Below are positions 1-8,139 of a stretch of DNA of 38,924 nucleotides, in pieces (the first letter of the stretch is position 1; each line of letters begins with the position of its first letter). The DNA lies in the NCBI GenBank assembly GCA_025454275.1, contig JALOOS010000002.1:1-38924 (forward strand). Direction: 5' to 3'. The position numbers and the translations under genes were made by a program. The notes under the pieces were generated by a model. The model searched no databases. It saw nothing but the letters and a program-made list of their open reading frames with translations, and was not told the DNA's origin. Source of the DNA: Desulfobacterales bacterium (GTDB taxonomy: Bacteria > Desulfobacterota > Desulfobacteria > Desulfobacterales > SpSt-501).

Positions 1-666
1 ACGATCTCCCTGGCGGCCGTCCCCCTCCCGCCACCCCCATCGGCGCCGCCGGCCGTCCCGCCTCCCGACCCTCCCGCCGTCACCCAGGTGCCGCAGGCCC
101 CAAGCCCCGCTACGCAGACGGTTGCCCCGGCGGCGGGCAAGACCCCGTCGCCGGCCGGTCGCCCTGTGCCCCGGGCGGCGACGGCAAGGCCGGCGGAGGA
201 GGCTGCGACCGCTCCGGCACCGCAAGCACCGGAGCGGCCGTTATCCGATGCAACGGGAGATCACAGCCGGCCGCCGGCGGAGAGGCAGGCGCCCCCCTTC
301 GATGCAACACAAGAGCCCGCCGCCGCTTCAGGTCCCGTCGGGGCGTTGCGGCCGCCGGCGGCGCCGGTGCTGGAATCGGCCACCCCCCACTACGATCGGA
401 ATCCCCCGCCCGACTATCCCCGCCGGGCGCGGCAACTGGGGTTCGAAGGTACGGTTTTACTCGATGTGGCGGTCAATACGCAGGGTGGGGTTGATGCGGT
501 GGCCGTCGCGGCTTCGAGCGGCTATGCCATGCTGGACGAGGCGGCCCTGGGCGCGGTCCGGCACTGGATTTTCAAACCTGCCCGCCAGGAGGGCCGGCCG
601 GTAGCGGACCGGGTCCTGGTCCCGGTGCGCTTCGTCCTCAGCGCCTCATCTGCCGCCGGCAAATGA
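1..666 (+). CDS. tonB: TonB-family energy transducer, C-terminal part (5' end cut by window edge)
   Basis: Frame 1 is open from nt 1, with no stop before the GTG at 88. A Pro/Ala-rich spacer is followed by the TonB C-terminal signature YPRRARQLGFEGTVLLDVAVNTQGGVDAVAVAASSGYAMLDEAALGAVRHWIFKPA. Stop TGA at 664-666. Confidence 0.8.
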   Translation, partial: TISLAAVPLPPPPSAPPAVPPPDPPAVTQVPQAPSPATQTVAPAAGKTPSPAGRPVPRAATARPAEEAATAPAPQAPERPLSDATGDHSRPPAERQAPPFDATQEPAAASGPVGALRPPAAPVLESATPHYDRNPPPDYPRRARQLGFEGTVLLDVAVNTQGGVDAVAVAASSGYAMLDEAALGAVRHWIFKPARQEGRPVADRVLVPVRFVLSASSAAGK

Positions 667-826
667 AGGCAACCGGTGAACACAGACCAGCCCCCCGGCC
701 GTGATCAGGCAGCCGGCTCAGGAACCGAGGGCATCTCCCGGAGGCGGGCCGGGTCGAGCGGGGCGACCATGCCGGCGACGGTGAACATTTGGATCGCCTC
801 CTCGGCAAATAGGCCCTCTCTGACCG

Positions 827-2091
827 TCAAGCAAGCGGCGTTTTGATGGGCGGTCGGTCGGGGAAGCCGAGTCCCGCCAGCTCGCGGTAGGCAGCGGCGA
901 CCCGGTCGAACACCGCCTTCCAGGTCAGCGACTGCAAGCTGCCGGCGGTGGCAGGGGGCGCCTCGCAGGCCGCGGCCCGGGCGAGCTGCCGGGTGATGGC
1001 GCCGGCCAGGTCCGCGACGAAGCGGGGCAGGTCTTCGGCCACGGGCGTGTCGGTGCCGACGAGCCGGGGAAGGGCTACGGTCTCCACCACGCCTTCCGCG
1101 CAGAGCCCCGCGGGCATCCAGGTCTCCATTCCCTTAAGTTCGGTCATCACGACCCGGCACTCGCAGGCGAGCGCCTCCACCACCACGAGCGGCAACCCCT
1201 CGAAGAACGAGGGCAGGACGAAGAGATCGGCCGCCTGCAGCACCTTGGCGAGCTCCTCCTGGGAAAGGGCCCCCAGAAAAACCACGTTGTCGAGATCCTC
1301 GGCCCGCCGCTGAATCGCCTCGGCGCCTGGTTCCGCAGCGGCACCGGCGAGGAGGAGCGTGACCCTCCGGCCCAGGGGGCTTTCGACCCGGCGCATGGCA
1401 TCGATCAGCCAGGGAACCCCCTTCGGCGCGCTGATTTTTCCGGCATAGGCCACGACCAGCTCCATGCGCCCCCCGGACGGCGGCGGTGCGGGGGCGGGGC
1501 GGAACAGTTCGGAACGGAACCCGGCGCCGACGATGCATACCCGCTCCGGGGAGATGCCGTAGGCGCGGATCACGTCGCTGCGGTTGGCCGCATGCAGTGC
1601 GAACACCCGGTTCACGGCGGCGCAGGCCGGCCGCACGAAGGGGGCGAGCTGCGGCGCCTTCTCGAGCTGCCGCAGCTCGGTGCCGTGGCTGGAGACGCAG
1701 AGGGGGGTGCTCGCATCAATTCGGTGAAGGTGGAAAACCGCGTCGAGCGATAGGGCATGATGTCGCTCATCCCGGGAACCGGAAACGGCACCGGCGGGCG
1801 GTCGAAGCGCACGGCCGTGATTTCATCGGGCGCCAGCGGGGGAATCCCCGGCAGCGGCTCCTCCCCGGGGATCCCGATCACGGCATGCTGGCGATAGCCT
1901 GCCTCCGCCCCGTGGCGCACCATGGCGAGCAGCGCAACCCCGCTCCCGGTTTTTCCAGGCTGCTGGGAGAGCAGGTGCAGGATCCGCAGGGGGCCCTCGG
2001 ACGGGCGCCGCCGCCGGGCGGCGGCCGGCTTGACGTCTAGGAGCTGCCGCGACAGTCGGCCCGCCGCGGTGCGGTCGGACGGTGTGCTCAT
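827..2091 (-). pseudogene. Glycosyltransferase family 4 (group 1) with one frame break: N-terminal half in ORF 1612-2091, C-terminal half in ORF 827-1636 and its start-less upstream extension
   Basis: N-terminal part reads LRILHLLSQQPGKTGSGVALL...FPVPGMSDIMPYRSTRFS. C-terminal part reads PLCVSSHGTELRQ...GKISAPKGVPWLIDAM...VVFLGALSQEELAKVLQAADLFVLPSFFEGLPLVVVEALACECRVVMTEL, the typical GT1/GT4 EX7E region. The halves are in different frames. One extra G in the G6 run at 1702-1707 would join them (..TELMRAPPLCVSSHGTEL..). The ATG at 2091 overlaps the TGA of the upstream gene's alternative frame (ATGA). Confidence 0.65.
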
Positions 2092-2166
2092 ACCGGGTCC
2101 GGGGTCACGTCGGGTTCCACCTGGTAGGCGTTGGCAATCCGGTTGGTGCCGCAGAACACAGTGGAT

Positions 2167-2415
2167 TCAGTACTGGCAGTTGTTGGTGATCGAGACGGCG
2201 AGGGCGATGATCTCCTTGGTGCGCAGGTCGAGCTTTCCGGGCCGCATGACGCTCTTCAGCTTCTGCCAGACCGCCTCCAGGTGGTCGGGGTTGACCGAGA
2301 GGGCCTTCCAGAAATTGGGGACGAAATCGATCTTCTTGACGGCCATAATGTCTTCGTAGACCGCCTTGACCTTGCCGGTGGCTTCCGTTTCGCTGATGGT
2401 GCGATACAGGGACAT
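2167..2415 (-). CDS. Carboxymuconolactone decarboxylase / AhpD-like family protein ending at a TGA inside the CxxC motif (disrupted, or possibly Sec-containing)
   Basis: The 82-aa ORF contains FVPNFWKALSVNPDHLEAVWQKLKSVMRPGKLDLRTKEIIALAVSITNNCQY followed by TGA. This is the CMD-family helix leading into the CxxC...H active site. SD TAGGAGG lies upstream of the ATG at 2415. A CMD-like C-terminal peptide continues in another frame to 2088. Confidence 0.6.
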   Translation of the reverse strand: MSLYRTISETEATGKVKAVYEDIMAVKKIDFVPNFWKALSVNPDHLEAVWQKLKSVMRPGKLDLRTKEIIALAVSITNNCQY

Positions 2416-2472
2416 GGGGGACCTCCTATATACAGTGGGATAACCGGCGTTCGAGCACCCTTTCGGCAGAAT

Positions 2473-3732
2473 CTATCCTGAACCGGCCCGCCGGGCGGTA
2501 ACGAGGCCCATGAGGAGCAGCGCCGCAGCGGCCATGAGCGCGCAGCCCAGAAAGGCCCCGTCATATGTCCCGGTCGCGTCCCTGAGGCCGCCGCTGACCC
2601 AGTGGGTCAGGATGGCGCCGGAGCCGTAGAAGGGGGTCCAGGCGCCGGCCACCGTCCCCATCGCCTGCCGCGGGAAGTAGTCCCCGGCGCAGGCGCCGTA
2701 GATCGGGAAGGTGGCGCCGTAGAAGACGGCCATGGCGGCCGTGACCGCGCAGAGCGCCGGCCACGAAATGCCCCCGGGGATCAGGACGGCCAGGAGGGCC
2801 GTGATGCAGGCGTTGGAGACCAGAATCGTGCGCTTGCGCCCGAAGAGGTCCGAGAGCGGCAGCACGATCAGGACGCCTGCGATTTGAAAAAGCCCGTGGA
2901 TCGTTGCGAGCAGGCTTGCCTGTCCCAGCGGGAAGTTCAGCTGGTGCGTGGCGTAGTCCACCATGAAAGTGGTGAACCCATAGAGCCCGTAGGAGAGGGC
3001 GAAATAGGAGAGGCCGATGATCCAGAAATTGCGCTCCGCCAGGATCCGGCGAAGGGGCACCCGGCCCCCCGGGGAGCTCTGCGCCGCGGCCGTGGCCTCC
3101 GCCTCTCCCCAGGGTCGCCGGTTGCGGTCGGCCGGGTCGCTGCGCAGCAGAAGTCCGTTCGGCACGGCTAGGGCCAGCGCCGCCGCTCCCAGAAAATACC
3201 AGGCATAGCGCCAGCTGAAGTGTTCCACCACCCAGGGAAAGACCATCCCCATGACGGCGAACCCCAGTCCGTAGCCGGTCGAGAGGATTCCCAGGGCAAG
3301 CCCCTTGCGCCGGATGGAGAACCAGCGCTGGACGAGGGTGATGACCGGCACCCACAGCCCGCTCGCCCCCAGTCCCGTCAGGCCGAAGGCCACGCAGGCG
3401 GTCCACAGGTGCCGGGCCGAGCCGAGCAGCAGGACCCCGGAGGCGAGCATCAGCAGGCAGGCGCTGATGACCCGCCGGGCGCCGAGCCGGTCGGTGAGGT
3501 AGCCCGTGAAGGGAGTGACGACGATGTAGGTCAGAAGGTAGCTGTTGTAGATCGTGCCGCCGGCGGTGCGGCTGAGCCCCAGGTCCCGGATCATTTCGGG
3601 CAGGACCACTCCGAAGCCCAGCCGGACCGAGTAGTTCACGAAGAGGTTGACAAAGCAGATCGCGAGCATCACCCAGGCCGGGTGCAGACCGATCCGGCGA
3701 GCGTCGGGTTGCGGTGGCTCCGGCCGGCTCAT
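2473..3732 (-). CDS. MFS transporter
   Basis: 419 aa with about 12 hydrophobic segments. MFS-type loop motifs are present (GYLTDRLGARRV between TM2 and TM3, LSDLFGRKRT in the second half). It lies 28 nt downstream of the beta-CASP gene on the same strand. Confidence 0.85.
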   Translation of the reverse strand: MSRPEPPQPDARRIGLHPAWVMLAICFVNLFVNYSVRLGFGVVLPEMIRDLGLSRTAGGTIYNSYLLTYIVVTPFTGYLTDRLGARRVISACLLMLASGVLLLGSARHLWTACVAFGLTGLGASGLWVPVITLVQRWFSIRRKGLALGILSTGYGLGFAVMGMVFPWVVEHFSWRYAWYFLGAAALALAVPNGLLLRSDPADRNRRPWGEAEATAAAQSSPGGRVPLRRILAERNFWIIGLSYFALSYGLYGFTTFMVDYATHQLNFPLGQASLLATIHGLFQIAGVLIVLPLSDLFGRKRTILVSNACITALLAVLIPGGISWPALCAVTAAMAVFYGATFPIYGACAGDYFPRQAMGTVAGAWTPFYGSGAILTHWVSGGLRDATGTYDGAFLGCALMAAAALLLMGLVTARRAGSG

Positions 3733-3760
3733 CGGAGATGAACGCCTCTTTTCACTCCAC

Positions 3761-5341
3761 TCACCCCACGGTCAGGCTCTCCCCGCGCCGGGGCACCACG
3801 GCCGCGAAGCCCCGTTCGGCCAGGGTGCCGGCGAACGCCAGCGATTGGGCCTCCTCGCCGTGCACCAGAGCGATGCGCTTCACCCTCAGGTTGGATTGCT
3901 GCAGAAAGCGCAGCATTTCATCCCGGTCGGCATGGGCGCTGAACCCGTCGATTTTTGCGACATGGGCCCGGAGGGGGTACTCCTTGTTGAAGAACTTCAC
4001 GATCGGCGGATCCCCCTTGCGCCCGGATGCCTCGAAAGCGGCCCCCAGCTCCGCGATGCGCCGGCCGAGGGTGTTCTGCGCCATGTACCCCACGATCAGG
4101 ATGGTGTTGCGCTCGTTGTGGATCTTGAACCTCAGATGGTGCAGGATCCGGCCCGCCTCGCACATTCCCGAGGCCGCGATGATGATCTGGGGGCCCTCCC
4201 GGCGGTTGAGTTCCATCGACTCGGCGACCGATCCGACGAAGCGCACCTGGTCGAAGCGGAAGGGGTTCTGACCTTTTGCCAAAAATTCGGCCTGGGTGGC
4301 GCGATCGTAGAGCTCGGGGTGCTCCGCGAAGACCCGCGTCAGGTTGGAGGCGAGCGGGCTGTCCACAAAGATCGGGACCCCCGGCAGGCGCCCTTCGTTG
4401 GAGAGCTCGTGCAGCACGTACAGGAGGACCTGGGTCCGTCCGAAGGCAAAGGCCGGAATGAGGAGCGTGCCCCGGCGCTGGACGGTTGCATCCACCACCT
4501 GCAAGAGCGCGGACTTGAGGTCCGCGACCGGCTCGTGGCGCCGCTCGCCGTAGGTGCTCTCCATGATCAGAAGATCCAGATCCCGGTCCTCCGCGGCGAA
4601 GTCCAGGGTGGGGTCGTTCAAGATCGGCTTGTCGAACCGGCCGAGATCGCCGGTGAAACCCAGCCGCCGGGTGCCGCCGGCCGTGCGGGCGGTGATGATG
4701 CAGACGGCCGAGCCCAGGATGTGGCCGGCATCGTAAAAGGTGCAGCTGATCTCCCGGCCGATCGTGATCGGGTGGCGGTAAGGAAAACCGTCGAAAAAAC
4801 CCAGCGCTTTTTCGGCGTCGGCCAGGGTGTAGAGCGGTTTGACCTGCTCCAGGCGCAGTTCGTCCGCCAGGCGGTTGATGGTCTCGACGTCGAGCTCGTG
4901 GCGGCCTTTTTTGAGGATGCGTTTGGCCGCCTCCCGCCGCCGGGCGATGTCGTTGCCCTCCGGCCGGGGGTGCTCGCCCCGGGAGAGTGCGGCGCGGACG
5001 GTTTTATAGTTCAGGTAATCGGCGTCGGACTCCTGGATGCTGGCCGAATCAGGTAAAAGGTAACTGCAGGCCGAGGCGGTGGCGCGGGTGCAGAGGATGC
5101 GCCCGTTGAAGCCGTTTGCGGTCAAGACCGGGATCCGGCCCGAGTGGTCGGTGTGGGCGTGGGAGAGGACGACGTTGGTGAGCAGCCCGGGGTCGAAGGG
5201 CAGCACCCGGTTTTTCTCGGCGGCCTCGCGCCGCCGCCCCTGAAAGAGTCCGCAATCGAGCAGAACGCGGTCTGCGGCCGTGCTGATCAGGTGCATCGAC
5301 CCCGTGACCTCGCGCGCCGCCCCGTAGAAGGTGATCTGCAT
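3761..5341 (-). CDS. MBL-fold metallo-hydrolase with beta-CASP / RNA-specificity domain (RNase J/CPSF-like)
   Basis: MQITFYGAAREVTGS...VLSHAHTDHSGRIP (HxHxDH) plus beta-CASP-like middle and C-terminal parts (...FSAHADRDEML). I chose the ATG at 5341, preceded by GGGAGG, instead of the ORF-track start at 5416. Confidence 0.8.
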   Translation of the reverse strand: MQITFYGAAREVTGSMHLISTAADRVLLDCGLFQGRRREAAEKNRVLPFDPGLLTNVVLSHAHTDHSGRIPVLTANGFNGRILCTRATASACSYLLPDSASIQESDADYLNYKTVRAALSRGEHPRPEGNDIARRREAAKRILKKGRHELDVETINRLADELRLEQVKPLYTLADAEKALGFFDGFPYRHPITIGREISCTFYDAGHILGSAVCIITARTAGGTRRLGFTGDLGRFDKPILNDPTLDFAAEDRDLDLLIMESTYGERRHEPVADLKSALLQVVDATVQRRGTLLIPAFAFGRTQVLLYVLHELSNEGRLPGVPIFVDSPLASNLTRVFAEHPELYDRATQAEFLAKGQNPFRFDQVRFVGSVAESMELNRREGPQIIIAASGMCEAGRILHHLRFKIHNERNTILIVGYMAQNTLGRRIAELGAAFEASGRKGDPPIVKFFNKEYPLRAHVAKIDGFSAHADRDEMLRFLQQSNLRVKRIALVHGEEAQSLAFAGTLAERGFAAVVPRRGESLTVG

Positions 5342-5635
5342 CAGAAGAGAGCCTCCCGCCCGGCAGGAAAAGGCCCAAAGGCCGGTCCCGGTGGGCGGGG
5401 GGATGAAAACGGCCATGGGTTAGACACGAAGCCGGGCCCCGATACCTGCATCGGCCCCGATCGGGTCTTTGTCTCCCCAGACGATGGGCACTAAGTAGGC
5501 AATGCCGGCCGATGTGTCAACCCTCGCCAGGGTGGAACACCGATGAAGTGCGGCGCGGCGGCGGTCGAGCCGGATCCATTCCGTAGATCCGCTCCGCCTC
5601 TGGCATATTCGGCCCTCCCGTGTCAGAATACGATC

Positions 5636-6502
5636 ATGTCGCTTTTTTCCACGATGGCTCCGACCGCCGTGCTGCTGGCCGGTGCGGGGGTTCTGGTGGT
5701 TTTCTACCGGGGCTTGAGCCGGCGCCGGCAGGCCGCGGCCCTTCGGTTCCCGGGTGCGGCGGCCGCGCGCAGCCCGGGCCGGGAGATCCTTGCTCAGGCC
5801 GAGCAGGTCGCCCAAGCGGTCGAGGACACCATGTCCGGCGGCCTCGCGTTTCTGGCCCTGTTTGCCGGGGTGCTCGCAGCAGGGGCGGCGTTCGGGCCTC
5901 CGGGGACCCGCTTGACCTCGACGGCCCTGTCGGGTGCGGCCGGCATCCTGCTGCTGGGGTTGGGCCTGATAAACTGGCTGCGCCTGAAGCGTTTACGGGC
6001 GGAGTTCATGCGCCGACACGGCGGCCGGGTGGAGGTGGCACGGGCGTTGGATGCGCTCGAACCCCTGGGCTATCGACTCTTCCACGATCTCGGCGTCGGC
6101 GGGTTGAACCTCCACCATGTGGTCGTGTGCCGCAAGGGGGTATTCGTGGTAGAGACGACGAGCGGCGCGGGGCCGCCCCGGTTGAAGGGGGGCGGCAAGG
6201 CCACCGTGGACTACAACGGGCATGTATTGATCTTCCCGCGCCGCACCGATGAGAAGACCCTCCGCGAGGCGCAGGCGCGGGCCGAGCGGCTCGCGCAGTG
6301 GCTCGGGCAGGAGGTCGGCGAGGCGGTGGCCGTCCGCGCCGTGGTAGCCGTTCCGGGGTGGTACGTCAAACGCACCTCCTCCGAAGGGATCCCCGTAGTC
6401 CACCCGAGCCAGGTCGGGTCGCTTTTCAAATACATCAAGCCCCAGTCCCTGTCGGATGAGCTGCTCGGCTGCGTGGTACACCGTCTCGAACAGGCTGTTT
6501 GA
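5636..6502 (+). CDS. NERD (nuclease-related) domain protein with N-terminal membrane anchor
   Basis: Hydrophobic segments MAPTAVLLAGAGVLVVFY and GGLAFLALFAGVLAAGAAF/LSGAAGILLLGLGLINWL come first. Then a NERD core: YRLFHDLGVGGLNLHHVVVCRKGVFVVETTS. Start could also be 5543 in the same frame. Confidence 0.65.
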   Translation: MSLFSTMAPTAVLLAGAGVLVVFYRGLSRRRQAAALRFPGAAAARSPGREILAQAEQVAQAVEDTMSGGLAFLALFAGVLAAGAAFGPPGTRLTSTALSGAAGILLLGLGLINWLRLKRLRAEFMRRHGGRVEVARALDALEPLGYRLFHDLGVGGLNLHHVVVCRKGVFVVETTSGAGPPRLKGGGKATVDYNGHVLIFPRRTDEKTLREAQARAERLAQWLGQEVGEAVAVRAVVAVPGWYVKRTSSEGIPVVHPSQVGSLFKYIKPQSLSDELLGCVVHRLEQAV

Positions 6503-6563
6503 GAGGGCGTGGTACCCCCTCCTGGCGCCTCCCGCAAGGGCAGTGGGAGGGGCAGGTGTTGCT

Positions 6564-8126
6564 TCAGGCCATCGGTTTTTCGATTCCCCGCACCGTTCGC
6601 CGCAGGAAGGAGCTGCGCGTCATCCCCGCTCCGACCGAGTCATAGAGCACCCATTGCGCCTCCCGAAGCGTCTTCAGCCGGCGGTTGACGGCAAACCCCT
6701 GGATGGTGTCGGGCTGCAGCGCGTCAAGGGCCAGATCGTAGGGCAGCCGCTGCATGCAGACGACCGAACAGTTGCCGCGCAGGTGGATATTCGTCACCAT
6801 CTTCTCGGCCAGGAAACGGGCGACCGCCTCGCGCGCCGGCGCCTTGCCGTCCCCCAGCACCTGCTCGAGGGTCAGGGGCAGCATGGCGAAGTTGGCCTGG
6901 TGTTCAATCAAAAGGTCGATCTGCGACAGCGATAGCCGGTGGGGGGCGAGCAGCGCCGCCAGGTGGGGCTTGGCGCCGCGGGTGGCATAGAGGAACACCC
7001 CCTTACCGTCCATGCGGCCGAAGACCCCCTCCGCGTCGAACTGGGCCTCGATAAAGCCGGCAAAGCAGCCGTGGCTGCGGGTCAGTGCGTCGACGACCCC
7101 GCAGGCGGGGGGCGGCGGCGCGGGGAGCGTGCCTTCGATGAGGCTCATTCGGATCGGCTCGCCCTTCTTCAGGAACACCGCCGCCAGACGGCGGTATCGG
7201 CCCGCAGCGGTGTAGGCGGCGGCGAGCCGCTGCACAATGGCCGGATCGGCCGCGGCGGTCATGATGTCGAAGCCGAAACCGGCGCCGTAGCCCTCGTAGA
7301 GCTCGAAGGCCGTGCGGAAGTTCTGAAACGCCCCCGCCAGGGTCTCATCGGGGAAGAGGCGCTCCATCAGCGCATGCTGCACCCGGGCGGCGGTGGCCGG
7401 GACCCGGCATTCGATCCGGCCGAGCTGGTTGTCGACGAGAATCCCGTCGAGGCGGCCCTCGCGCGCCCAGGCCAGGAGGCCGTCGGCGATCCGGCCGACG
7501 AGGTCCGCGCCGGGATCCAGCCGCACCTCGGCCGTCACCCTTCCGGGCCGCGAGCTTCCCGCGAGCCGACCGATTTCGAGCGCGGTCGCTACGGCGTCGT
7601 CGCCGAAGATGATGTTGCTCGTGTCCAGCGGTTTGAAGGCCTGGGCGCGATGGATGTTCTCGGCCCCCACGACCACGGCGAGGTCGCCGGCCTCAAGCTC
7701 CCCGGAAAGGGCCAGCAGGTAAAGCGCCTCCACGCTCACATTGAAGCCGGGGCAGCCGGCGTAGAGGTCGAAGACGAGGGCCTGCGGGCAGGCCTCCCGG
7801 ATGCGCTCATGAAGATAGCGGCTGGTCGGCCCGGGATCGACCTTGTCCTCGCCCACGTTGGTGGCGGCGATCAGGACGCGGATCCGGGAGGGGTCGATTC
7901 CGGAGGTTGCGAGCAGGTCCTGGAAGGCGATGAGACCGATCCGCTCATCGGCGGGAGCCGCCATGCGGGTGCGCACCCCGATGCGCTCCTCGATACTCTG
8001 GCGGTTGACGGGGATCCCACCCTTGAACGCCATGCCCTTGTTTTCGTAGATCGAGTTGTCCACGAGCGTCCCCCCGTTCCAGGCGCCCTGGGCGATGATA
8101 TCCACCACGCAATCGTCAGCCGCCAT
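6564..8126 (-). CDS. 3-oxoacyl-ACP synthase III (FabH)-like thiolase-fold enzyme with a large internal insertion
   Basis: Cys in LYAGCPGFNV, His in LIEHQANFAM and Asn in HLRGNCSVV match the FabH-type Cys-His-Asn triad context. At 520 aa it is much longer than a typical FabH. Confidence 0.7.
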   Translation of the reverse strand: MAADDCVVDIIAQGAWNGGTLVDNSIYENKGMAFKGGIPVNRQSIEERIGVRTRMAAPADERIGLIAFQDLLATSGIDPSRIRVLIAATNVGEDKVDPGPTSRYLHERIREACPQALVFDLYAGCPGFNVSVEALYLLALSGELEAGDLAVVVGAENIHRAQAFKPLDTSNIIFGDDAVATALEIGRLAGSSRPGRVTAEVRLDPGADLVGRIADGLLAWAREGRLDGILVDNQLGRIECRVPATAARVQHALMERLFPDETLAGAFQNFRTAFELYEGYGAGFGFDIMTAAADPAIVQRLAAAYTAAGRYRRLAAVFLKKGEPIRMSLIEGTLPAPPPPACGVVDALTRSHGCFAGFIEAQFDAEGVFGRMDGKGVFLYATRGAKPHLAALLAPHRLSLSQIDLLIEHQANFAMLPLTLEQVLGDGKAPAREAVARFLAEKMVTNIHLRGNCSVVCMQRLPYDLALDALQPDTIQGFAVNRRLKTLREAQWVLYDSVGAGMTRSSFLRRTVRGIEKPMA

Positions 8127-8139
8127 ATGCAGCCCCTTT

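Noticed and set aside
5342-5635. Track ORFs in the beta-CASP/NERD divergent spacer (5420-5815(-), 5144-5494(+) and the 5543 start extension), plus a short CCGAT/ATCGG hairpin.
   Set aside because: The translations are Arg/Gly-rich with no SD or motif, and the hairpin is only 5 bp. The spacer is most simply a divergent promoter region.
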